Below are positions 21,990 through 33,808 of a stretch of 39,229 nucleotides of DNA, piece after piece (position 1 is the first letter of the stretch; each line of letters opens with the position of its first letter). The stretch is from Octopus bimaculoides (taxonomy: Eukaryota). The stretch is from contig NC_069008.1 of assembly GCF_001194135.2 (NCBI RefSeq), positions 8,000,219-8,039,447 of the forward strand, read 5' to 3'. The notes under the pieces are model-generated. The model worked only from the letters and a program-made list of their open reading frames with translations. It was not told the DNA's origin and searched no databases. Made by a program: the position numbers and the translations under genes.

Positions 21990-22730
21990 AATCCTTTCTA
22001 CTAAAGGCACAAGGCCTGAAATTTTAGAGGAGGGGACTAGTTGGTTACATCGACCCCAGTGTTTCACTGGTTCTTAATTTATTGACCCTGAAAGGATGAA
22101 AGGCAAAGTCAACCTTGGCAGAATGTGAACTCAGAACATAAAGACAGACAAAATACCACTAAGCATTTTGCTTGGCATGCTAACTTCTGCCAGCTCAATG
22201 TTTTCTTTATTCACCACTGAGAGTCCCTAAAAACACACTGGGGACTGTACAGGGCCATACAATGTGGGGTTACTCTTTCTACTATAGGCACAATGCCTGA
22301 AATTTTAGAGGAGGTAAGGCTAGTCAATTACACTGACCCCAGTGTTTGACTGGTGCTTATATCAGTGACCCCGAAAGAAAGGCAAAGCCAACTTTGCTTG
22401 GATTTGAATTCCGAACATAAGGCCAGAAGAAATGTTGCAAAGCTTTTTGTCCAACATGTTAAAAATTCTGCCAGCTTACTGCCTGAATAATAATGGTTTC
22501 TAATTTTGGTACAAGACCAGCAGTTTTTGAGGTAACATGGTGGTGGGGGGGGGGATTCGATTACCCCAACCCCACTCCCCATACTTGATTGACCCTTATT
22601 TAATCAAGCCCAAAAGGACGAAAGGCAAAGACGACTCCAGTAGAATTTTAACTATGAACATAAAGAGGGACATAAAGCTATTTAGCATTTTGTCAAATGT
22701 GCTAATGATTCTGTGAGTTTGCTGCTGCTG
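21990..22730 (-). mobile_element. Three adjacent same-orientation SINE family C copies
   Basis: Copies at about 21990-22196, 22275-22485 and 22487-22730, each with GAAAGG(ATG)AAAGGCAAAG and a reverse-complement tRNA-like head. Confidence 0.75.
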
Positions 22731-22734
22731 CCTG

Positions 22735-23917
22735 AGCAAATAATATCAACTGATTTTTTGGCAGTGGCTTTGAATGATTGCAGTATAGTATTTGTAGTAT
22801 CTGCTACTGTTTCAGTCTGTGGAAAAGATATTCCATATGTTCATGAGTTTTTGATCTTTTACTGGAAGGAGTTTAGGCTGATTCAGTCTGTGGCTCATCA
22901 TTAGACTCACCACTGCCGTTATCCCTGCTACTTCCCAAAGTAACAACTGATTGCTCTCTCCTGCAAAGAATCTCTGCTTCTTTTCTCGTTTCTTCTTCTA
23001 CTCGTTTGCGTTTCCTCTGTTGCTTTGCAACATAATTCTTGTCAATAGCACTCATATAACCTCACTTTCCTTTTTCTCTCTGAGCATTTAGAAATAAACA
23101 ACCTTCTTCATTTGACAATATTTTCAGTATGAGTAATGTCAAACAAGTCATCCAAGCAATCCTTAAATCTGGTTTCATTTTCAATTTGACTTTGAATTCT
23201 CTTTGATTTCGTTTTTTGGACTGACCTATGTTGTTCATACGGTTTTCGAATCTTGGTAAGCACATGTTGTTTGTCTCTCATTGGTATCTCAGTGTTGTCC
23301 TAGAACTCATTTATTTTTGAATACACAATATCTGATGCTTCCTTCACTATTTTTCTTATCATGTGTGAGATAGAAAAGGCACCATAATACATCTCCAATC
23401 GATGGTTTTTTTTTACTACTAATCTTTACAATCATATATCCAATTAGCCAGATCTGTTTCTCACTTCTTTTTATTAAAATAGACATGTTTAATTAAAACA
23501 CTGCAGTAGTGGATCACAGACACATCTCCACATGACAAAAGCTATAACAATAGTGATTAGGGAATACAGCCTATGGCATGGAGAGAATCTCAGCCTCACA
23601 CAAACAGGAAGAGGAGGAGCTCATTTGGCCAATATATGGAATGTGTGTGTGTGTGTGTGTCTGCTGCATTGTTCAGATGATTTGGTCGTTGCTCTAACTA
23701 CTTCATATATTGATAAATGGAATGCTTTTTCTATATCTTGATTGCAAGCGATTTATTATGTTAAGTTTTATTTTATGCTGAAAATAACATACTGAATCGC
23801 TTAGTAGCAACACAAAATACTATGGAATTTTCTTCAAATTTCAGGCAGAGTCAAACCTCACAAACTGATGGAGTAAAAGTTCAAAATTTCTCAAATTTGT
23901 TTTTTTGGCCCACTCTA
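22735..23917 (-). mobile_element. Probable hATm-like DNA transposon 5' remnant
   Basis: Terminus TAGAGTGGGCCAAAAAA at 23917; decayed peptide at 22870-23400 IPMRDKQHVLTKIRK...FKDCLDDLFDITH...EEGCLFLNAQREKGK*GYMSAIDK resembles the LDDLFDIAH...EED..FL.AQREKG motif recalled from hATm transposases. Confidence 0.5.
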
Positions 23918-24280
23918 AAATATATATATATATATATATATATNNNNNNNNNNNNNNNNNNNNNNNNNNNNNNNNNNNNNNNNNNNNNNNNNNNNNNNNN
24001 NNNNNNNNNNNNNNNNNNNNNNNNNNNNNNNNNNNNNNNNNNNNNNNNNNNNNNNNNNNNNNNNNNNNNNNNNNNNNNNNNNNNNNNNNNNNNNNNNNNN
24101 NNNNNNNNNNNNNNNNNNNNNNNNNNNNNNNNNNNNNNNNNNNNNNNNNNNNNNNNNNNNNNNNNNNNNNNNNNNNNNNNNNNNNNNNNNNNNNNNNNNN
24201 NNNNNNNNNNNNNNNNNNNNNNNNNNNNNNNNNNNNNNNNNNNNNNNNATATATATATATATAACTATATATATATATAA

Positions 24281-24312
<32 letters not shown>

Positions 24313-24564
24313 GATATATATATATATATATATATATATCAAATATATATAGGGTAGAAAAATTAGAGAAATTTTCTACCAGTGGCTAGCATGCATAAAA
24401 GAGTCAATAGACAGCATATTTTTCATATAGAATTAGTGTACATTTATACACAAAAGAAGTGAACCTAACAGGATACCTTACATGCTAAAAGGAGCAGTCA
24501 ATGTCCAAACCACGATTAAGAGTAATTTCGTAGGGGATGAAAAATAAAAACATTTTCAATTGTT

Positions 24565-24640
24565 ACCACATGTACCTAGGTTTCGAACATCAATGAACAA
24601 ATAAAATAATTTGCTATCCATGTTCTCTTCAGCATGTAGC
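24565..24640 (-). ncRNA. Canonical minimal type I hammerhead ribozyme
   Basis: Minus strand GCTACATG CTGAAGA GAACAT..loop..ATGTTC GAAA CCTAGG TA CATGTGGT: 8-bp stem I (2 G.U), 6-bp stem II closed by G-C, palindromic stem III, GUA triplet. Confidence 0.8.
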
Positions 24641-24643
24641 GCC

Positions 24644-24714
24644 CATGCTGAATAGAATATGGATAGCAAATCATTTTATTTGTTCATTGATGTTCGAAAC
24701 CTAGGTACATGTGG
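24644..24714 (+). ncRNA. Hammerhead copy with mutated core (CTGAATA), probably inactive
   Basis: CATG CTGAATA GAATAT...ATGTTC GAAA CCTAGG TA CATG; G8-to-U change and only a 4-bp stem I. Confidence 0.5.
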
Positions 24715-25188
24715 TAACAATTGAAAATGTTTTTATTTTTCATCCCCTTCGAAATTACTCTTAATTGTGGTTTGAACGTTGACTGCTCCTTTTAGCATGT
24801 AAGGCATTCTGATAGGTTCACCTCTTTTGTGTATAAATGTACACTAATTTTATATGAGAAATATATATATATGCATTAAATAGAGAGATACAATTGACAA
24901 TCCAATAATTTATTTATATTATAATATAACAAAATATACTATGAATATAATATAATATAATATATAATATAACATAAACAATTATTAAAAATTCAAAAAC
25001 CAACAATTTGTTTCGACTTATATAAATTATTTGATAAATAAATAATTCAATTCTGTTAGTGAATTGAATTGTTTATATATCAAAAACTGTATATAAGTTG
25101 AAAAAAATTGTTGACTTTTTTGGTTTTTTTAATAATTGTTTATCTTCTATTATATTATATTCACAGTATATTATTATGTTATAATACA

Positions 25189-26466
25189 TCAGGTAATCCC
25201 ATAAGTTCTGTCCGATTTTACTGTTTTTAAAATTGAATGAAATTTAATAGTATTTTAGAAGGTCTAATGGAATTAAAAATTATTTTTATACATTTGTGTA
25301 CATCTAAACTAATTAAATATTATTTTACAGAATAATAAAATTAAAATTTCTTTGCTTAAAACCCTTTCTAACATGGAAGTATCCAAAGAGCACTTAAGGC
25401 GCATAATGCTTTATGAATACAAAAAACGGAAATTCTGCAGCCGAAGCGACTCGAAACATACACTCAGTTTATGGGAAAGAATGCTTGAATGAAGGAACTT
25501 GCAGAAGATGGTTTGCAAAATTAAGAAGTGGAGATTTCAGCCTTGAAGATGAAGATCGAACAGGACGTCCAGTTGAGTTTCATGATAAGCTCCTTGAGGC
25601 ATTATTTGAAGAAAATCCTGCATTATCAGTTGAAGAATTGTCAATAAAGCTTAGTTCAAACCATACAACTGTTCATCATCTTCAACAACTTGGAAAGGTT
25701 CCTAAACTTGGAAAATGGGTGCCTCGAATTGTCCGAAAGCAGCCGCAAATCCTGAGTTGACATCTACTCTTTTCTCCATTCTTGCGAACTCATTTCACCC
25801 TTTTTGGATAGACTTTGACTGGTGATGAAAAACGGATCTTCTATCGGAATGTTAAATGTTATAAACAGTGGTTTGGTAAAAGTGAAAAAGCTCAACCACA
25901 ACCCGAGAAGGGAACTTCATGGGAAAAAGGTTTTTCTCTGGTAGGATTGCAAAGGAGTAATTCACTTTGAATTGTTATCACCTAATGCAACAATCAATGC
26001 TCAAGTCTACTGTCAGCAATTAGAGCGTTTGAACCAAGCATTGAAGAAAAAAAGACACACTTTAGTGAATCGAAAAGGAGTGATGTTTCATCAGGACAAT
26101 GCACGACCCCACACTGCAAAGATCACATCACAGAAGATCGAAGAGCTTGGTTAGGAAAAAATTCCTCATCTACCTTATTCTCCCGACCTTGCTCCTTCAG
26201 ACTACCATTTGTTTCATAGTTTACAGAATCATTTGGGGGACATAACTTTCGCAAGCCAGGAGGAGGCCGAAACTGACATTTCAGAGTTCTTTGCTTTGAA
26301 ACCAAAAGAGTTTTACATTGATGGGATTAAAAAGCTTGTAAATAGATGGAAGGAAGTCATAGATAATCAGGGAAAGTACATTGATGATTAAATTTCAATT
26401 AAATATAACATTTGATCACTTGTTTTCTTTATTCAAAATTCGGACAGAACTTATGGGATGACCTGA
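25189..26466 (+). mobile_element. Full-length (~1.28 kb) mariner transposon, inactivated
   Basis: TIRs TCAGGT(A/C)ATCCCATAAGTTCTGTCCGA at both ends; TA target duplication (left copy reads CA). Confidence 0.95.
25373..26391 (+). pseudogene. DD34D mariner transposase pseudogene
   Basis: MEVSKEHLRRIMLYEY...GKWVP...TGDEK...HQDNARPH...YSPDLAPSDYHLF...WKEVIDNQGKYIDD*; 34 residues between the 2nd and 3rd Asp; several frameshifts and stops. Confidence 0.92.
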
Positions 26467-26642
26467 TAAATACATTATTGGATTGTCAATTGTATCTCTC
26501 TAATTTATTGTTTGTAATTTGAATTATACTCATATTTTTGTGGTATTCAACTGACGAACCAGTGAATTGGATGTTTTACACACTCCTTTGATGGAATTAT
26601 TTTCCTTAATTTGTTACTGTGCACGCGCGCGCGTGTGTGTGA

Positions 26643-26962
26643 AAGCAAGTGGCTTAGTGGTTAGGGCATTCAGCTCAAGATCATAAGGTCCTGAGTTCAA
26701 TTCCCGGCAACGTGTTGTGTCTTTGAGCAAGACAATTTATTCCACATTGCTCCAGTCCACTCAGCTGGCAAAAATGACTTGTACCTGTATTTCAAAGGGC
26801 CAGCCTTGTCACACTCCTGTGTCATGCTGAATCTCCAGGAACTGTATTAAGGGTACACGTGTCTGTGGAGTGCTCAGCCACTTCAACGTTAATTTCACGA
26901 GCAGGCTGTTCCGTTGATCAGATCAACTGGAATCCTTATTGTCATAACTGACATAGTGCCAC
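26643..26962 (+). mobile_element. tRNA-derived SINE family E
   Basis: A-box TGGCTTAGTGGTT, B-box GAGTTCAATTCCC; head shared with family D but with a different 3' body. Confidence 0.7.
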
Positions 26963-26975
26963 GATATATATGATG

Positions 26976-27055
<80 letters not shown>

Positions 27056-27224
27056 GCACGCATGCAGACACACACACGCATGCACATATATAGAGAGCTC
27101 AGTGATAGCCTCTCATGTCCTAGAAAGAATTCTATTATTTCATGCTGAACAACCTGCACAGGTGATCAAATGTCCGTGCTACATGTTAGCTCACATCCTC
27201 AACCAGGCAACATGATGTACACAG

Positions 27225-27375
27225 GTGCACAGTGTACCACATGACAGTTGTCAAAGTAATCAAAGAGCAACATGAGACAAAGTGTTTTGCACAAGAAAAC
27301 AACATACCTACCTCCCAGTCTGTAATCGAACACACAATTTTATGATCATGATTGCAGCATTCTCACAACTAGGTC
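27225..27375 (-). mobile_element. Degenerate SINE (D/E-type head)
   Basis: Reverse complement CATGACCTAGTTGTGAGAATG...GTTCGATTACAG...TTCTTGTGCAAAACACTT. Confidence 0.45.
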
Positions 27376-27639
27376 ATGTTTTTGTGAAATCTCTTGTGAG
27401 TAATACAGGATCCCTTGACAACAATGTAACCTTTATTTGACTAAGGTACCTTCAGCCAGATGGGTAGCTAGCAGGTTACCCCTTGTTTGGATAATTATTA
27501 CTTCCGAGGTTCTGCTAACTAGGAAACATATGTAGCCTGGATTTTACCTGCTCCGTTCCCTAAATTTGGATTTTTATTTGCTTACATAGCAACCCCAGTT
27601 GCTAACCATGAACTATTTAACTTTTTTCAGCTTATTGAA

Positions 27640-27890
27640 CTTCAGTATGGTAAAAACTCACAACCTTCTATGTCAATAATCCATTATTGTTCTCTGAAGG
27701 AACATAATAAACAATTTGATTTGGAATGGAATAGTCTACCTAGATCCTTTCCATATGATAAAGATAAATCTTTTTTGTCTCCTCTGTGATGAAGAACAAT
27801 TTTTCATCCTGATCTCGGAGAATTCTTTTGTAAACAAATTTAAAGAACGTGTTTATCGTTGTAAACCAATCTATAAAATCCAACCTTTAA
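27640..27890 (+). mobile_element. Highly decayed Penelope-like GIY-YIG C-terminal fragment
   Basis: LKEHNKQFDLEW... then CLLCDEEQFFILISENSFVNKFKERVYRCK, resembling the C.LC.EEK.FIL....LNKR.E....C.H terminus of Penelope/Poseidon ORFs. Confidence 0.35.
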
Positions 27891-28189
27891 TTGTCTTGTT
27901 ACATTTCATTTCCACTACATATATCTATTTCCAGGTTTTTCACCTTTATTCCATTCACTATATTTCTCCACTCTTAATTTTCTGTTAATTTCTTTCTTTC
28001 TCCTTCTTCTCATTCTCTAAATTACCTTTGATGTTAAATCTATTAACGTTTTTTTAAAAATAACTTGCCAGCGTTCCTCTTCATCATACACGCGTTAATC
28101 ATATTCGGTTAAAATGGCTTATTGATGTGTTTTGTTTCTCTTTTTAATGCAATATAAAATGGCGCAATTACAAGCAAAAAATGAAAAAT

Positions 28190-29790
28190 GAAATAAGGTT
28201 GCTTAGTTGCAGGAGGTGTAGAGGCAGTCAATAGGAGGAGGGGGTTGTGTTTAGTCCGAAGGGGATAGTTGTTCGTAGATTAAAGATATACCGTTGTTCC
28301 AGGTGGAGTCGTGAGTATGTGGATCCGTGGTGTAGAGCGAGGCCAAAGATGGAGATGTTAGAGGGGGAGTGGTTGGCCAAGTGGAAGTGACGGGCAATGG
28401 GGGTGTTTGAACATAGCCGAACATCCCTTNNNNNNNNNNNNNNNNNNNNNNNNNNNNNNNNNNNNNNNNNNNNNNNNNNNNNNNNNNNNNNNNNNNNNNN
28501 NNNNNNNNNNNNNNNNNNNNNNNNNNNNNNNNNNNNNNNNNNNNNNNNNNNNNNNNNNNNNNNNNNNNNNNNNNNNNNNNNNNNNNNNNNNNNNNNNNNN
28601 NNNNNNNNNNNNNNNNNNNNNNNNNNNNNNNNNNNNNNNNNNNNNNNNNNNNNNNNNNNNNNNNNNNNNNNNNNNNNNNNNNNNNNNNNNNNNNNNNNNN
28701 NNNNNNNNNNNNNNNNNNNNNNNNNNNNNNNNNNNNNNNNNNNNNNNNNNNNNNNNNNNNNNNNNNNNNNNNNNNNNNNNNNNNNNNNNNNNNNNNNNNN
28801 NNNNNNNNNNNNNNNNNNNNNNNNNNNNNNNNNNNNNNNNNNNNNNNNNNNNNNNNNNNNNNNNNNNNNNNNNNNNNNNNNNNNNNNNNNNNNNNNNNNN
28901 NNNNNNNNNNNNNNNNNNNNNNNNNNNNNNNNNNNNNNNNNNNNNNNNNNNNNNNNNNNNNNNNNCAGAGGTGGAGGAACTGGGAGTAGGAGATGGCCCG
29001 TTTGGTGTGGAAGGGATGAGAGGAGGAGAAGTTGAGGTGGAGGTGGGAATCTGTGGGTTAAAAGAAGGTGGAGGTGGTGAGAGAGTGGGAGAGGTGGTCA
29101 ATGGTAAGAGAGATATCCAGGAAGTTAACAGAGGTGTTAAAGATAGTTGAAATGGACTGGAGAGAAGGGTGGAAGTTAGAGAGGAAAGAGATGAAGTGGC
29201 AGAGTTGTTCATGGGAGAGGGAAGTAGCTCCTATACAGTCGTCTATGTAGCGACCGTATAGCTCTGGAGTCAGCCCAGAGAATTGGGAGAATGCTTGGGC
29301 CTCAATGTGGCCAACAAAGAGGTTGTTGAAATTGGGGCCCATTCTCGTTCCCATCGCAACCCCAGACATCTGTTGGTAGGTTTCCCTGGTGAACGTAAAG
29401 CAGTTGAGGGAGAGGACGAGCTCTGCCAGGCGAAGAAGGGTAGAGGTGCTGGGTGTGGGGTCAGGGCAACGGTCAAGAAAATATTGGAGGGCTAAGAGAC
29501 CGTTGTTGTGAGGAATCACCATGTATAGAGATTTGATGTCCAAGGTGAAGAGGTGTGAGGGGCCGGGAGGGAAGGAAAAGGAATTGAAGAGGCGAAGGGC
29601 GTGATTAGTGTCATGTATGTGGGATGGAAGGACAGCAACTAAAGGGGACAGGTTGCGGTCAAGGTATTTGGAAATTAGCTTGGTGGGGCAATAACGATAG
29701 GGCGGCCAGAATTGCCGGGTTTATGTATTTTGGAAAGGAAATGGATGGTGGAGGTATGGGGTGTTCGCACGATGAGGTTGGTGGCGGTGG
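28190..29790 (-). mobile_element. Penelope-like retroelement (RT plus GIY-YIG), decayed, partly in gap
   Basis: SKIHKPGNSGRPIV; MDIKSLYMVIPH...GVAMGTRMGP...YGRYIDDCIG...FLDISL; C-terminal PIARHFHLANHS...LEQRYIFNLRTTIPFGLN. Confidence 0.9.
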
Positions 29791-30004
29791 ATGTACCTAC
29801 ATATATATGTATACATACATGCATATATGGGTACAGGACATCAAAAAAACATAGACAAAATGAGAAACGAGAACATAAAAAACAAAAACATAGAAAACAA
29901 ACTGTTTTCAAACAACAAAAGAAACAAATAGAGAAATGAGACAGGCATCATAAAGAACATTACCTTCCTCAGTTGTCCCCTATTTCATTTCATTAAAAAT
30001 TCTT

Positions 30005-30716
30005 CTAAGTCGCACTCCAGCATGGCCACAGTCTAAAGACAAATAAAAGATAAAAGATAAAATATATAGAAGAGACCGATAGAATAAGTATTAGGCTTAT
30101 GAAGAATAAGTACTAGGGTCAATTTGTTCGACTAAAGGCGGTGCTCCAGCATGGCTGCAGTGAAATGACTGAAACAAATAAAAGAATAAAAGAGTAAATG
30201 AATATATAGTACTTAGTTTTGTTAAACCTGGTACTTTTTCTATCAGTTCCTTCTTAAAAACCGCTAAGATTCAGGAACGTAAACACATCAACACTGGTTG
30301 TCAAACACAGACACGGATCTTTCTGATTTGACGGGCAGCATTGTTCATTTATGTTTTATGTAGTGTTTTTGGTACCGAAACACTTTCAAACTTCGTATAC
30401 TTGTATATTTTGTATTATAGAACAGATAAAAATTTTTGTATTCGAAGTTATTTCATGTTTAAAATTGTCTTATTTCGATAATTTCAACCAATCACTGATG
30501 TCTATTCAGTTGATATACACATATATACACAAACATATATATATGTATGTGTGTGACAGGCTTCTTTCAGTTTCCGTTTACCAAATCCAGTCATAAGGCT
30601 TCAGTCAACCCAAGGCTATAGTAGAAGACACTTGCCCCCAAGGTGTCACACAGCGGGACTGAACCTGGAGCCATGTGGTTGGGAAACAAGATTCTCACAA
30701 CACAGCCACACCTGTA
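30005..30716. mobile_element. Cluster of SINE family B fragments
   Basis: 3' halves at about 30005-30197 (+) and 30205-30312 (-); 5' half at about 30555-30716 (-). Confidence 0.7.
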
Positions 30717-31126
30717 CTTATATATATGCTAACGTACACACACACACTCTCACATACGCACACACACACATACACACATACATACATACATAAACATACA
30801 TGCATAGAAAATAATGATTAAAAATAGCATCTACGTTAACAAAAGGAATATTAACAACACCAACAGTTATTATGATAACTATAATTATATATTTATATAC
30901 ACGAACACACACGATAAGAAATAGCACCAACAATGACAAAACCCATCAACAATAACAACAACATTAACAGCAACAACAATTACGATAAGAACAGTGAAAA
31001 CCACTAACTACAATAACAAACATAATGAAAACGAACCCGGATATCACGTTTAAGGCTAAGAAGCGTTTAGCATAAAACACCTGTTGCAATTCCAACAATC
31101 CTCTTAAGGAGCACCAGAGTGTCTGT

Positions 31127-31165
31127 CTGTGTGTCTCACTGTCTGTCTGTCTGTCTGTCTATCTA

Positions 31166-31248
<83 letters not shown>

Positions 31249-31890
31249 GTCTGTTTTGTATACAGTCTACAACAATACATGACAAACAATGCTTGAATGA
31301 TTGCTGAATAAAAGCACCGGTGTATGTGTGTATATGTGTATGTTTGTATGTGTGTACGTTTGCGCGTGTGTGTATGTGTGTGTATGTGCGTATGTGTGTA
31401 TGTGTGTGTTTGTGTGTTTGTATGTGTGTATATTTGTGTATGTGTGTGTGTGTGTTTATGTTTGTTTGTATGTGCATATGCTTGTAAGTTTGTATGTGTG
31501 AATGTGTGTTTGTTCGTATGTTTGTATGTGTGTATGTTTGTATGTATGTGTGTATGTATGTGAATATATCTGTAATTATGTATATGTGCATGAGTTTATG
31601 TGTATGTGTATGCATGTGTGCTTATGTGTATGTACATATGTGTGTGTATGTGTATGTGTGTATTATGCATACTTGTGTGTGTGTGTGTGTGTGTGTGTAA
31701 ATATGTGTGTACACACATGCATATGTATGCATGTGTATATGTGTGTGTATAAAAATACATGTAGATATATCTGTGTGTATGTACAGGTACATGGGTGTGT
31801 ATATATGTATGTGCATGTGTGCTTGTGTGTGTGTATACATACATACACACACACATTCATGCATACATACATACAAACATACATATATAT
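31127..31890. repeat. Compound microsatellite (CTGT)n then (TG/TATG)n
   Basis: Direct reading. Confidence 0.95.
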
Positions 31891-32145
31891 ACAGGGTGCA
31901 GTGAATAAATTGTCTAAATTACACAAAAACAAAAATAACACTGGCATCTCATTTTAACAAATATATTTACCAAAATGATATAAAAATGTCTTGAAATACT
32001 AAAGAGTAAATTTATTCAATAAAATCGCCATTGGCTTCAACCACGGCTTCTAGGCGACTTTGGAATCTCCTGCAACCCTTCTGGACGGTCTCCTTGTTTG
32101 CCGTTGCCATAATCCTTGCCTTCAGTTCATCTTTGGTGTTGAAGA
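31891..32145 (-). mobile_element. maT (DD37D-like) transposon 3' end
   Basis: Terminus TA-CAGGGTGCAGTGAATAAATTGT; minus-strand NTKDELKARIMATANKETVQKGCRRFQSRLEAVVEANGDFIE*. Confidence 0.75.
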
Positions 32146-32290
32146 AAGTGAAAGACAAAGATTAAAAGTGAAACTAGAAAATATGTGATTCGGCTTCACG
32201 GCTCAGATAATTTATAGTGATAGGCATAAAAATACCACATATATTAATATGTATGAAACTTGCGTGAAATATACATATATGATAATAATA

Positions 32291-32323
<33 letters not shown>

Positions 32324-32327
<4 letters not shown>

Positions 32328-33111
32328 TTGGTACGGCCACAAACCTGAAGACATCGTCGAAAATAGAAATGCAAAGATCCTATGGGATTTTATGATNNNN
32401 NNNNNNNNNNNNNNNNNNNNNNNNNNNNNNNNNNNNNNNNNNNNNNNNNNNNNNNNNNNNNNNNNNNNNNNNNNNNNNNNNNNNNNNNNNNNNNNNNNNN
32501 NNNNNNNNNNNNNNNNNNNNNNNNNNNNNNNNNNNNNNNNNNNNNNNNNNNNNNNNNNNNNNNNNNNNNNNNNNNNNNNNNNNNNNNNNNNNNNNNNNNN
32601 NNNNNNNNNNNNNNNNNNNNNNNNNNNNNNNNNNNNNNNNNNNNNNNNNNNNNNNNNNNNNNNNNNNNNNNNNNNNNNNNNNNNNNNNNNNNNNNNNNNN
32701 NNNNNNNNNNNNNNNNNNNNNNNNNNNNNNNNNNNNNNNNNNNNNNNNNNNNNNNNNNNNNNNNNNNNNNNACCTATTGTCATAGGTGCCCTGGGAATGA
32801 CAGCGAAACGGGCTGATTACTACCTAGCTTAGATACCAGGAAATCCCAAAATGGCTGATGTTCAAAAGATAGTGCTCATGGGAACTGCCCATATCCTACG
32901 TAAAATACTGTCTATGTGATCTCAAATTTTAAAGCAAACACATAATTTTCTTATGGTTTCTTAAACATTCACTTGAACAAAACTGTACAAATCCAAATAT
33001 ATGGTACCCTAGGCATAACACCTACATGAACTTCTAACTTGTTGTCTCTTGAGGTCTCTGGGTGAGACTTAGATCCAACTTATACAAATGCAAAACAAAA
33101 GTCAAACATAA

Positions 33112-33112
<1 letters not shown>
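32324..33112 (+). mobile_element. R4/Dong-type REL retrotransposon 3' fragment(s) spanning a gap
   Basis: WYGHKPEDIVENRNAKILWDF before the gap; PIVIGALGMTAKRA...VQKIVLMGTAHILRKILSM* after it; flanked by (TAA)n. Confidence 0.8.
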
Positions 33113-33140
<28 letters not shown>

Positions 33141-33143
<3 letters not shown>

Positions 33144-33623
33144 TTGGTACGGCCACAAACCTGAAGACATCGTCGAAAATAGAAATGCAAAGATCCTATG
33201 GGATTTTATGATTCAGTGCAACCATGAGATAAAGAATAGGAAGCCGGACATAGTCTTAATTGAGAAAGAAAACACACTATGCTGTATCATAGATATAGTA
33301 TGCCCAGCTGATAACAAGGTATGCAATAAGGAAGAAAGAAAAGTTGAGAGATATGACAAGTTAGCTTGGGAGGTTAAGCAGTTGTGGTCGATGAAAAAGG
33401 TAGCAGTAGTCGGAGCCCTGGGAACAGTGGGCAAAAATCTTGAGAAGTACGTGGAATAAATAGGGGCTGCATTAAGGGTGGAGCACTTGCAGAAAACAGA
33501 ACTGCTTGGAACTGCTCAAATACTCCGGAAGGTGCCCGTAAAATAAGAAGTATTTCCTTAGTTCACTGTTAGTGAACAGCTGACACCGTAGTACATCTCC
33601 AGCGTTAGAAGCTGTGCAAAGGC
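33141..33623 (+). mobile_element. R4/Dong-type REL retrotransposon 3' fragment
   Basis: KILWDFMIQCNHEIKNRKPDIVLIEK...IIDIVCPAD...KEERKVERYDKL...VVGALG...LLGTAQILRKV: PD-(D/E)xK REL domain; (TAA)n on both sides. Confidence 0.88.
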
Positions 33624-33642
33624 AATAATAATAATAATAATT

Positions 33643-33760
33643 AAAAGGATGAAAGGCAAAGTCAACCTTAGCAGAGTTTTAACTCAGAACATAGTGACAG
33701 GCAAAATGCCAACAAGCATTTTGTCCAGCATGCTAACAATTCTGCCAGCTTGCTACCTTA
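33643..33760 (-). mobile_element. SINE family C 5' part inside a (TAA)n array
   Basis: Reverse complement GGTAGCAAGCTGGCAGAA...GAGTTAAAACTCTG...GCCTTTCATCCTTT. Confidence 0.75.
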
Positions 33761-33808
33761 TTTGATAATAATAATAATAATAATAATAAAAATAATAATA
33801 ATAATAAT

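Larger units (their letters stand above)
24416..24864. repeat. Long fold-back inverted repeat (~220-bp arms, 7-nt loop) carrying a hammerhead in each arm
   Basis: 24416-24636 is the reverse complement of 24644-24864 with scattered substitutions; loop TAGCGCC at 24637-43. Confidence 0.92.
24881..26502. repeat. AT-rich degenerate fold-back interrupted by the mariner
   Basis: Centre AATTCAATTC-TGTTAGT-GAATTGAATT (loop 25054-60); the right arm resumes after the mariner (26467-26502 matches the reverse complement of 24881-24915). Confidence 0.75.

Noticed and set aside
26540-26570. ATTCAA-CTGACGA-ACCAGTGAATTGG as a hammerhead start
   Set aside because: No GAAA or stem III follows.
6842-26700. 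tRNA genes at A/B-box motifs
   Set aside because: These are tRNA-derived SINE heads that do not fold into complete cloverleaves.
28040-28095. Minus-strand ATGATGAAGAGG...AAACGTT downstream of the Penelope ORF
   Set aside because: Position suits a pLTR hammerhead but core and stems are too decayed to call.
29955-29985. Minus-strand CTGAGGAAGG core-like motif beside the Penelope element
   Set aside because: No downstream stem II, GAAA or complementary stem I found.
32324-32396. Apparent tandem duplication of the Dong 5' junction (identical to 33141-33212)
   Set aside because: It is identical, ends at a gap, and the post-gap sequence belongs to a different family, so misassembly is as likely as biology.
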